Source: Callorhinchus milii (Eukaryota). From it: 64,000 nucleotides of DNA. The first letter of the stretch is position 1. Each line of letters begins with the position of its first letter. The notes below the pieces were generated by a model, which saw only the letters and a program-made list of their open reading frames with translations, was not told where the DNA came from and made no database searches. This document shows positions 13,101 through 25,100 of this stretch, piece after piece. The stretch lies in contig NW_024704743.1 in the NCBI RefSeq assembly GCF_018977255.1, positions 13,642,001 through 13,706,000 of the forward strand. The letters are read 5' to 3'. A program made the translations under genes and the position numbers.

Positions 13101-16100
13101 CAATTTTCAGTTTCTGAAAGAAAGAAAATGACCAAATGAACAAAAAGTTTCAGAAGATACAATGAAACTTGAGATCACATGCTTTTTGCAACTTAAAAAC
13201 GTTAACATGATTCCAGAAACATCAAGTTTCTATTCAGACTTATTTTGTTCATCCCACTTTGTTAGAAAATTGTCCTATAAAAGGAACAACAACAACAAGA
13301 TTACATTTGTATAGCGCCTTTCAAGTGGGAGAATGTCCCAAGGCGCTGGACAGAGTGCAGCATTTCAGACCCGAGCTGGGGTCAGGGAGGGCGAAGGGAG
13401 GGGAGAAGGGGGGTGGCCGATGGCATGGTCGAAGAGGAGGGTCTTGAGACAGGACTTGAAGGAGGCTAACGAGGGGGCGAGGTGGAGTGATTGGGGGATG
13501 GAATTCCAGAGGGTGGGGGCAGAGGCTCAATGGTGGGGCGGGTGGGTCAGGGGACGTGAAGCAGGCCAGAGCTGGCTGAGTGGAGGGAGTGGGTGGATTG
13601 GTAGGGAGTTAGGACGCAGCCTGTGGACGGAGGAGTTGGGAAGGCCGACAAGCAGGGCGTTTGCATAGTCGAGCCTGGAGGTAATGAAGGCATGAACAAG
13701 AGTTTCAGCGGCCTGAGGGGTGAAGTAGTGCGGGTCATGGCTTGAATGTGGGGGAGAAAAGACAGTTGAGGGTCGAACAAGACACCCAGGTTCCTGATGG
13801 CTTGGTGAGTTGTAGTGTGCAACCATGGAGGTTGATGTTGCCAGAGCCTGAGGTGCTGAGGCACTGGCGTGAGCCAATCAGGAGGGTGGAGGGTGGAGGC
13901 AGAAAGATAGAGTTGAGTGTCATCTACATACATATGGAAGTTGACCCCATGTCTGCGGATGATGTCACCAAGGGGGAGCATTTAGATATTAAAGAGGAGA
14001 GGGCCAAGGACAGAGCCCTGGGCGACGCCAGATGTGACAGTGTGGGGGCTGGAGGAAAAACCGTTAGAGGCAACACAGTGGAGACGGTGAGAGAGATAGG
14101 AATCGAACCAGGCAAGGGCAGATCCGTGAAGATTGAGTAAAGCGGAGTATATGGGGATGGAGTGGTCGACAGTGTCGAAGGTGGCAGAGAGGTCGAGGAG
14201 GACAAGGAGGCAGAGGGAGCCCTGATCACAGATGTTCAGAATGTCATTAGTGACTTTGACCAGGGCTGTTTCCGTGCTGTGGACAGCATGGAAGCCGGAT
14301 TAGAGGGGTTCAAAGAGGGAATGGCGAGAGAGAAAGGAGCGGAGCTGGGGCGCAACGTTCCAGGACCTTGGGAGAGGAATGGGAGGTTAGAGATGGGGCG
14401 GTAGCTGGAGAGTAGGGATAGGTCCAGGGAAGGTTTTTTCAAGTTGGGGGTGATGACGGCTGTTTTTAGGGGGGTGGGAACTGAACCGGTGCCAAGGAGA
14501 GGTTGATGACATCGGACAGGAGAGGGGCCAGAAGATGGAGCTGGGAGACGAGGAGAGACGTGGGGATGGGTTCGAGGGAGCAGGTGGTGGGTTTGAGTTT
14601 GTGGACAGTCGTGGTGAGGGAGGAGGGAGAGATAGGGTCGAAGGAGTATAGGGGAGGTTGGGTGGGGGTGGGTCATGAGGGAGAGGTCATGTGGGGGTGG
14701 CTGTGGACGGGGCTGAGGTGGCTGAATGTATCCCCTCGGTTTTAGATTTGAGGAAGTCCAGCATCTCCTCAGTTGGAGTTTGAGGAATGGATGGGCGAGG
14801 TATGGGAAGGTAAACGGAGGAGACGGTTAGTGGTGAAAAAGAGAAGACTGGGGTTGTTCTTTGCCTTCAAGATAACCTTGGAGTCGAAGGAGGATTTGGC
14901 GGAGGCAAGAGTGCATCGGTAGATCTTGGTGTGGTGAAGCCAAATCTGCCAATGGACCGTTAGTTTGGATTTGGTCCAGGCCCGTTTGGCAGCTCGGACT
15001 TGTGCCTTGAGGGAACGGAGATGGCTGGTGTACCGGGGATTTACGGAAGTATGAGGCAGTTCGGAAGCTGAGGGGGGCAAGTGAGTCCAGAATGGAGAGG
15101 GAGTTGTGCAGAAAGGAGAGTGAGGAGGGGAGATCAGTCAGTGAGGGCCAGAGGTGTAGGAGTTCAGATGACTCCAGGGCAGTGGAGAGGGAGAGGGAGG
15201 AAATTTTTTTCCATGGACAGTATGTAATGATGGAGGGAACTTAAACAGTCACACTCAGTTACAGTACAACATACAAAACACATCCCAATCTCGTCATGCT
15301 TAGTCTAAGGATGAATAGTGGTGCAAACGTCTTTGAAACAGGACTACGTTAGCAAATGAGTATCTGATCTTTTATTAAACCAACAACAAACTTTAGATAG
15401 GAGAAAACATACTCTATACATTGACCTAATATAAATATGTGAATCTGCTTTTCAGAATATTAAAAAAGGATCTGCTCTATCAGGTAAAAAAAAATCACTA
15501 ATAAATAGCTTTGTCCATTTTTAAACCCTTTCTGAGAGGCAAGTTCTGTTAACAATGGTTTGATTCTATTTAGGAGAATTCAGCGATCCGTTACATTGGG
15601 CTAATTAATCCACATTAAAAGTCTTTGCCTATAATGCAGCCTCTTGCTCTATCCATGTCAGGCCTTTCTCAGATTTGATTCTAATATTTATTTTCATCTC
15701 CAGAGACGCCAGTATTTTAGAGCACCTTGACAACTCTTCCAGCTTCAAGCTATGATCTCACCTCATTCTCTGCTCGTAATGCTGAGAATTCACTCTTTTC
15801 TAAGATAATCATGTCCTTTTTCACTCCGGCTATTTGTGACATTATCTGCTGAAGCATTATCTCCTGCAATTAAATTACAATGGTTACCATTTCAGAATAA
15901 TTTACAACAGTACTATTCCAATAACGAATTAAGAAAAGCTGTACTGTTGTAATGTACCATATTCTAAGAAGTATTTTGAACAAATAAGTGTAATTTAGAA
16001 ATTTAAATACAAAATTTGCACTAACACAGTTGAACCCTTGCGTACGTGCCTTGGTATAGTCCTGGTCTACGTATAGCACTGGTGCACTATACAACCCAGT

Positions 16101-19100
16101 ATATTGGAAGTGGGGTATAATTTCAATGCTGACTGACCTGCTTCCTGCACATAGTGCACAGTTGCGGAAAACCCAGCAACCGCTGGAACAACAACAAACA
16201 TTTATGGAATGCTTTTCACGTCGAGAGGACGTCCCAAAGCGCTGAACAGTCAGGTGTCAGGGCCCGAGCATGGGGGAGGAGTGGTGTAGGCATGAGCGAA
16301 GGCTGAGAGGTGGGAGGGCGACCAAAGGCACGATCGAAAGGAAGGGTCTTGAGACTAACCTTGAAGGAGGCAAGAGAGGAAGCGAGGCGAAGGGACTGTG
16401 GGATGGAGTTCCAGAGTGTGGAGGCAGAGCGGCTGAAAGCCCGGCCACCGATGGTAGGCGGGTCGGGCGGGAGATATGGAGCAGGCTGGAGCCTGCTGAA
16501 CGGAGGGAGCGGGCAGATTGGTAGGGAGTTAGCAGGTCAGAGAGGTAGGAGGGGGCAAGGCCATGGATGGCCTTGAAAGTGAGGACGAGGATCTTAAAAT
16601 CGATCCACTGAGGGATGGGGAGCCAGTGGAGTCGGGTGAGGGTGGGAGCAATGGGGTTGTGGAGCCTGGTGCACAAGAGTACACAGGCTGCAGAGTTTTG
16701 GATGATCTGTAGCTTGTGAAGGGAAGAGTTGGGAAGGTCGATGAGGAGGGAAGCGCTTGTGAGAGCAGTTGCTGGCTTCCTGTACACATGCACAGGAAGT
16801 CATGTCAGTGGCAACCTGACAGATGGCTATTTTTATAGTGCATAATGGTGTCTGACTGTAAAATGCCAGTTATTACGTTAAATCCACACATCTTATATAA
16901 AAATGCAGGCATGTTTCTTCCAATATTAAAAATGCACATGCACAGGCAATAATCCTAATAAATCCTAATAAAACATTGTAGTGAGGTAGGAAAATATAAA
17001 TATTAAAATAGTTATATTGATATGCTGAGAGACACGGGCAACCGACTAAACTACATGACTGCTGTAGCCAGTGCAGGCCACGTGTAGCTGTATGATTTGG
17101 GCTTTTCCCAGAATATCGTGGAACTATATAGAGGTAATTTGCTCAGATGTCAAGAAGTGGATCTATCAGTTGGTTTTCTGACCTCCATTCCTCCTTGTTT
17201 CAGAGACCACAAGCTTTCGAGGCATTTTGAAAACCTGAGTCATAGTGGAATCGTGCAAATTCCAGAACTTTACTTTAACAGGTACTTACTGCACATACTC
17301 AGAATAAGATCTGGGCAAAGCAGCAGCTGGGTACCATTGCATTCCTCATCAGTGCGGTTTTCTTGAAGTAAATTAAAGCACACAACACCTGCCAATCAAT
17401 TACATTCACATGATGATTACAGAGTCATCAAGCAGAATAGGGGATGTACCCCAAAAAACCTTTACTCTCACTCAGAGGATCTATTAAACATGAGTTTTTC
17501 ATCCATAAAAGTTTTTCTTTTAAAAAGACTGAGGAAAAATCTACATACGACTTTTGTTCCCTTTCATCAGGTAGAAGTTAATTGGATATTGTAAATGTGC
17601 AGAAGTAACTTGAAGGTGTTATCTCACCAAAGGGTTCATACAACTTTCATAAACGGAGTATCTCATTCTTGTCATTTACTGGGATCTTTGAACTCTGTTT
17701 CGAATTGTAGAGCAAGAGTGTTTTTTTTTTACTTGTGTTGCCTTACCTGTTGAACTTTGGTCACCATATCCTTATAAATCATTTGCATATTAGAATTCAT
17801 GATCTTCAGCAATGCAGCTACCACAACCTCTGATTGATCAGTGCTGAGGCCTATGCAAAAGACAGCAACAAAACTCAAATTACACACTAGATTCTGTTTT
17901 AAAGAGGTAGAAAAATACAACGGGAGCAAATTAAACAATGCCTATTCAAAAATGAGGAGATTTACAACTCAGGAATTGCAAGTCTTCCATCCCAACTACC
18001 AAAAAACACAGTCAATTCACTTTACAATATATTCTGTGAAGCGTTTTGAAACTTCACAACAAAGTGATAAGGCGCTGTATCAAATGCAAGGATTATTATT
18101 ATTACGAATAAAAACTCATGTTGAAATTGGAGGATTTGGACACATACCTGTACATCTTTCTGTAAAAAAATTGGAGGATTGAGATGGACCTTGAAGGAGG
18201 CGAGGGAAGGGGTAAGGCAGAGGGATTTTGGGATGGAGTTCCAGGGCACGGGGATAGACAGGCTGAAAGCCTGACCATCAAATGATGAGGCAAGCAGGGT
18301 GGGGGAACGTGAATCAGGCTGCCGAGTGAAGATTAGTAGGGTTTTAGAAGGTGGCAGAGATAGGGTGTGGTAAGACCATGGAGGGATTTGAAAGTGAGGA
18401 TAAGGAGCTTGAACTCCATTCTCTGGGGGATGGGGAGGCAGTCTACCCAAGCAAGAATAGGAGTAATAGGCGTGTGGAGTTTCGTGCATGAGAGCACAGA
18501 AGCTGCAGAGTTCTGGATGGTCTGCAGCTTGTGGAAGCAAGAATTGGAAAGTCCGGTGAGAGTTGTCGTAATCCAGCCTGGACGTGTTAAAAGCATCCCT
18601 CAAAAATGAAAGGAATTGCCGTCAATGGTTTTTGGGGAAAGAATTTATCACATACAATTGAATTTCTCCAACTACAGTACTATGATTAGGTTTTATAAAT
18701 GAGTGGAACAATATTCCCACTATTGTATGATAGAATTATATCCTTACTCAGTGAACAGCTATGAAGTAGAATTCTGCTATTATTTACAGAACTGCAGCCT
18801 TTCCCTCATTTACACCAACATAAAATGATGGAACATTGATAGATTAACTATTACTTTATCCAACATGAAATGTAAATTATTCTCAGCCTTAGGACTTCAA
18901 TCACAAGATTAAATATAAAACTGAGTGAGCAAAGTTTTGACTCCTCCTGAAGATGACTCAGTGAGGAATGGGCAGCTAACTGAGGGGTTAAACTCTGCAT
19001 CTTCCAGTTAAATCAGAGTTCTGAAAATAGCTGGTTATATTTGATATATTTAACAGATCAAACGCAATGATGTATTATTCCATAGCTTCTGGTTGAAAGG

Positions 19101-22100
19101 CTGTTAGAATACAATTGACACTTATATAGTGCATATCAGGAGGACATCCCAAAGCACTTAACAATTCTGGCTGGGCACCAGAGCTGAAGCAGGGTTGGGT
19201 GAGGAGGGGAAGGAATGATGGAAAGCATAGTCAAAGAGGTATGTTTTGAAGAATACCTTGAAAGGGGGAAGGGGGAGGAGGGACCTGAGAATGGAGTTCC
19301 AGAGATCAGGCACCAAGTGGCTAAAAGCCCGGCTGCCAATGTGAGGCGGATAGAACGGAGAATGTGGAATAAGTGGAGTCCTGTAGCTCAGTGGTTAGAG
19401 CACTCGCTTTGCAAGTGAGAGAGACATGAGTTCAATTCCAGGCAGGGCGAAACCTTGGGCAAGTTTCCTTACTCCACACGCCTAATAATAATCCCTCCAA
19501 AAAACCAAAAACAATAATTAAATTGGTCATTTTCAATCTACGACTGTTTGTGGGACATTGCTGTGCGCAATTGGCTGCCGCGTTCGCCCACAAATATACA
19601 GTCAATTCACTTTACAGTGTGTTCTGTGAAGCGCTTTGGGACGTCTAGAAGACGTGAAAAGCGCTATATCAAATGCAAGGATTATTATTATAAGCTGGTG
19701 TCGGCTCAGGTAAGGAAACATCTGGGTTGGTAAGGGTGAAGGAGGTTGCAAAGCTAGAGTGGGACAAAACTATTAAATTTAACCGTTAGAACAAGGATCT
19801 TGAAATCGATCCATTGGTAGATGGGGAGTTAGTGGAGCCGTGCAAGAATGGGGTGATAGGCCTACGGAACCTACTGCAGGAGAACACAGGCTGCAAATTT
19901 CAGTTTGTAGCCTGTGCAGGGAAGAACTGCAGAGCCCAGCAAGCAGAGCATTTGGAAAGTCTAGTATGCATGTGATGAATGCCTACATGAGGAAACTCGA
20001 AGGCTTGGTGTGGCAACTGCTGGAAGGTGTTACCCTGGAGTCCAATAGGCCTTTTATGAACCTGAACACCTGGCTTGCAGAGAGGCATGCAGATGCTGCT
20101 CAAGCTCTGCACCTCCAACTGGTGGAACCATCGCTCAATGTGAAGGGATGTGTGCTCGAGCTATGGGCAGGAAGATGGTGGCAATGTTCTCACACATTTC
20201 ATGCTGAGCTGTGTTGCCCACCAGGAAGTTCACAGGGAGCTCAAACCCATGCTCGTCAGATGTAAATGACCAACTGGTGACTATCTTCCTTGAGCAGTGA
20301 GTGGGAGGCGGGGAAGAGGTAAGCAAGATCTCATTGGAGCTGACCTGGCTCCAAGGCAACATGTTTGGCAAAGAAATGTTAAAATCGAGCCCACCCTCTG
20401 TGGCAGTATCGGTAGCCCAGTTACTAAACCAGGCAGATTCGTAGTACTCTAGGGCACTTCTGATGAGAGGATAGACAGGCTGCCTCATCGGCGGCAGACC
20501 AGTCACTGGAGCACAGACTGTTTTCACTCAGCTCCAGTTAACTGCGCAAGCTAAAGCCCTAACAGATAGGGTATATCTGCTATATCAAGCAGTAGGAAAG
20601 CTTGCTAGGCAGTACTCTCAGTGGCAAGCTATGCGGTTTTAGCTGGTTAGACTCCAGCAGTACCCCAATACACACTCTAGGTCCCCAAGCTTTGGCTCTT
20701 GCCAATCTGTGTCTAATAATTTCCGGAATTAGGTCAGCAGGTTGCGTCCCTCCAGATAGAGAATGAGCATTCCATTCCAATAAAATCTCTAGAATTTGCA
20801 TGTATAGGTGGGATGCATCGAAATTTATTTGGTTATTCTTAAGCATGGTGATAGGGTTACACAGGTGTCACGAGACACTTGGCTGACCAAGAAACATATT
20901 GACTGTCATCAATGTTATGTTGAAATGGCCTTTTTATGAGAAGCACAATGTTTTCATCCCTTCCTTCTAGTTACAAGTTTCACTCCCACGACTGCCTCTC
21001 TGTCACTCAGTCTCACCTATCAATTTCAGTCACTTTTGTCACAATGACTTTGCCAGTCAGACCTTTCCATTTGACAACAAGTAACCTCCATGGAGAATAT
21101 AAAATGAAAATTGGAATTAAAAGTAAACCCACCACTTTACTTACCATTTTCTTCTAGTAGTCGCACTACTGCATGAGTATCAAAGTAAAATTTTTGAATC
21201 TCCGATGGCAACAGGTCTACTTTTCTCAAATCATACTGCAAGCATACTGTTGACGTGCTCAGCTCTGAAATAAATGATGCAAGATTATCACCAGAAGAAA
21301 AACAAGAAACTTAAAAAACTTTCATTATAAATGATTGTTGAGCTATCACAGAAAATTGGGTAAATAAAAGAGAAAAAAAGTAGAATGCCATCAGAATAGG
21401 TAACTTCTGCAGGGAGCTCATAATCATGGGATCAAATAGCGTTCCTATTTATCATGAACTTTCTATGCTTTTAATACACATTTTAAACTGCATGAAAATC
21501 TCCACTACATATATCTGTTGTGGAGAAGAGTAAGGAGAGAATCTAAAAAATAACATCATTTATGAAAAGACATTTGACTGAGTCCTGTAGCTCAGTGGTT
21601 AGAGCATTCGCTTTGTAAGCGAGAGACCTGGGTTTGATTGCCAGTAGGGTGAAACCATGGGCAAGTTTCCTTACTCCACACGCCTGATAATAATCTCTCA
21701 AGAAAACAAAACACTAATAAATTGATCACTTCAAACCATGACTGTTTGTGGGACACTGCTGTGCGCAACTGACTGCTACATTTTGCCCATAAATATACAG
21801 TCTATTCTGTGAAGTGCTTTGAGACATCATGAAGACATGAAAAGCGCTATATCAAATGCAAGGATTATTATTATTATTCAGTCAAATTATGGTTTCAGAT
21901 GTTATTCCATGTGAAGGATGCCATATGAATCACCACCCACCTCCGCTCACTGAAGAGCCAGGTGCGGGCCTGCCTCAAATCTGGCCTAACGGTCCACCGA
22001 CAAATCTGGCTGGACCTCCTCAAAATCTACCGCTCCACTCTAGCCTCGGCCAAGTCGTCCTTCTACTCCAACTCCTCCAACCTTCACTGCGAGGAGATGC

Positions 22101-25100
22101 TGGATTTCCTTGAATCCAAAATCAAGCGAATCTGCTCCGCGGTCACTCCCCCTCCAACTTCCACCCACCCCCCACCCCTTCCCTCCCACACTCCGACTCC
22201 TACCCATCCTCCCCTACACACCTTCGTACCCATTTCCCCATCCTCTGTCACCAAACTCATCCTGTCCCTGAAACGCACCACCTGCTCCCTTGACCCCATT
22301 CCCACTCCACTCCTTATCTCTCAGCTCCACCTCTTTGCCCCACTTATCACAGACATTATCACCCTCTCCTCTGGCTCTGTTCCCATTCCCCTAAAAACTG
22401 CCAACATCACTCCCACTTTGAAAAAACCCTCCCTTGATGCATCGCAGCTATCACACTACCGGCCCATCTCCAACCTCCCCTTCCTGTCCAAGGTCCTTGA
22501 AAGAGTTGTCACCTCCCAGCTGCGCTCTTTCCTCTCCACCCATTCATTATTCGAACCCCTTCAGTCGGGTTTCCGTGCTGCCCATAGCACAGAAACCGCT
22601 CTGGTCAAGGTCACCAATGACATCTTGACCATCTGCGACCAGGGTTCCCTCTGCCTCCTCGACTTATCGGCAGCATTCGATACGGTCGACCATGCTGTCC
22701 TCCTCCACCGCTTGTCCTCCCACCTCAACCTTCAAGGCCCTGTCCTTGAGTGGTTTAGGTCGTATCCCTCCCACCGTCTTCATTTTATTTCCACAAACAG
22801 CTTTTCCTCCGGCCCCCGCACTGTCTTGTGCGGTGTCCCTCAGGGCTCTGTCCTCGGTCCCCTCCTCTTCACCCTCTATATGCTCCCCCTGTGGTGACAT
22901 CATCCGCAGACATGGGGTTAACTTCCACATGTATGCGGATGACACCCAACTCTACCTTTCCTCCTCTACCCTCAACTCCACGACCACCGATGTCCTGACA
23001 GCTGCCTGTCCGACATCGAGTCCTGGACGAGAGACAACTTTCTTCAGCTCAACGTGCGCAAAACTGAGGCCCTCCTGATTGGCTCACGTCAGCGCCTCCG
23101 CACCTCAGGCGCTGACACCATCAGCATCCAAGGCTGCACTCTCCACCTCTCAAAGCCAATCAGGAACCTCGGCGTTTTGTTCGACCCTGAGCTGTCCTTT
23201 CTCCCTCACATCCGCACCACAACTGGCACCGCCTTCCATCACCTCCGGAACATCGCCAGACTACGGCACTACCTCACCCCTCACGCGGCTGAAACCCTGG
23301 TTCACGCCTTTATCACCTCAAGGCTGGACTATGGGAACTCTCTCCTCGCCGGCCTTCCCGCCACCTCCCTCCACAAGCTGCAGGTCATTCAGAACTCTGC
23401 AGCTCGTGTACTGTCCCGCACCAGGCTTCGGGACCACATCACTCCCACCCTCGCTCGCCTCCACTGGCTCCCCATCCCCCAGAGGATCGAATTCAAGATC
23501 CTCATCCTCACCTACAAGGCCATTCACGGCCTTGCTCCCTCCTACCTCTCCAACCTACTATCCCCTACCTACCTGCCCGTACCCTCCGTTCCTCTGGCTC
23601 CGGTCTGCTCCACATCCCCCGCCCCAACCGCCCTACCATCGGTGGCCGGGCCTTCAGCCTCTCAGCCCCGAGGCTCTGGAACTCTATCCCCCAGTGCCTT
23701 CGCCGCCTCCTCCCTTTCCTCCTTCAAGGCCGGTCTCAAGACCTTTCTCTTTGACCGAGCCTTCAGCTCCCCTCTCGACTCTCTTCCCCCTCCTCGCTCT
23801 CTCCCTTCCCTCCCCTCACCCTGACCATTTCCCCCCTCCTCGCTCCCTCCCTTCCCTCCCTCACCCTGACCATTTCCCCCCCAATGCTCGGGTCCCGACC
23901 CAACTGTCCAGTGCCTTGGGACGTCCTCCCGACGTGAAAGGCGCTCTATAAATGTAATCTTGTTGTTGTATCTTGTTGTAAATGCAAGTTGTTGGCATTA
24001 TCTAATTTGCCATTAAACACGATGATGATAGAGCTGCACATTCCGAGAAAGTGAAACTGAACAACTGTATTTAGCATGTGACAGTGTCAATTTATGTCAG
24101 TCTTTTGGAAGCATTTTTCCAATTAAATTTAAGATTCTATCAACCTCCAAATGCTATGACTGACATTTCTGTTTGTTGCCCCAAACACCTGCTAGAAAGT
24201 GTGTGAGTGAGTTGAATAGTCTGTTAATGCTCACTCATGAAGCCCACACTTGTAAAATAGCCACTTGGACAAATGCTGCGAGAGACACAGTCAAACACCG
24301 TGCTATACATACATATACATACATAATAATAATAATAATAATCCTTGCATTTGATATAGCGCTTTTCACGTTGGGAGGACGTCCCAAAGCGCTTCACAGA
24401 ACACACTGTAAAGTGAATTGACTGTATATTTGTGGGCAAACATACAGTATACAGTGCTATACATACATATACACACATACAGTGCTATACATACATACAC
24501 ACAGACACAGTGATATACATACATACATACATACATACATACATACATACATACATACATACATACATACATACATACATACATACATACATACATACAT
24601 ACATACATACATACATACATACATACATACATACATACATACATACATACATACATACATACATACATACATACATACATACATACATACATACATACAT
24701 ACATACATACATACATACATACATACATACATACATACATACATACATACATACATACATACATACATACATACATACATACATACATACATACATACAT
24801 ACATACATACATACATACATACATACATACATACATACAGACACAGTGATATACACACATACACACAGACACAGTGATATACACACATACACACAGACAC
24901 AGTGATATACACACATACACACAGACACAGTGATATACACACATATACACACACACACAGTCTCACCCCTGGCGGGCGCCCTGCCCTTGCCATTAGCTCC
25001 TGTCCAGTCGGCAGTGTCCGGGCTGCCGTCACGCAGCCGCGCTGAGGTCGAGCCCCACTGACAGCGAAAACCTGAAGCGGATGAAGCAGTGACCCTCCGG

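Larger units (their letters stand above)
7672..17264. repeat. Tandem segmental duplication, 2 x 4795 bp, apparently identical
   Basis: ORFs lying inside the unit recur with identical translation at +4795, and spot checks including homopolymer lengths match. Junction caaattCCA|ttttac at 12467-12469. Confidence 0.97.

Noticed and set aside
19376..19450. tRNA-Ala-like sequences (also at 21580, about 44180-44252 and 38870-38945)
   Set aside because: A and B boxes are present, but there is no paired acceptor stem and each continues into a SINE body and tail; these are SINE heads, not tRNA genes.
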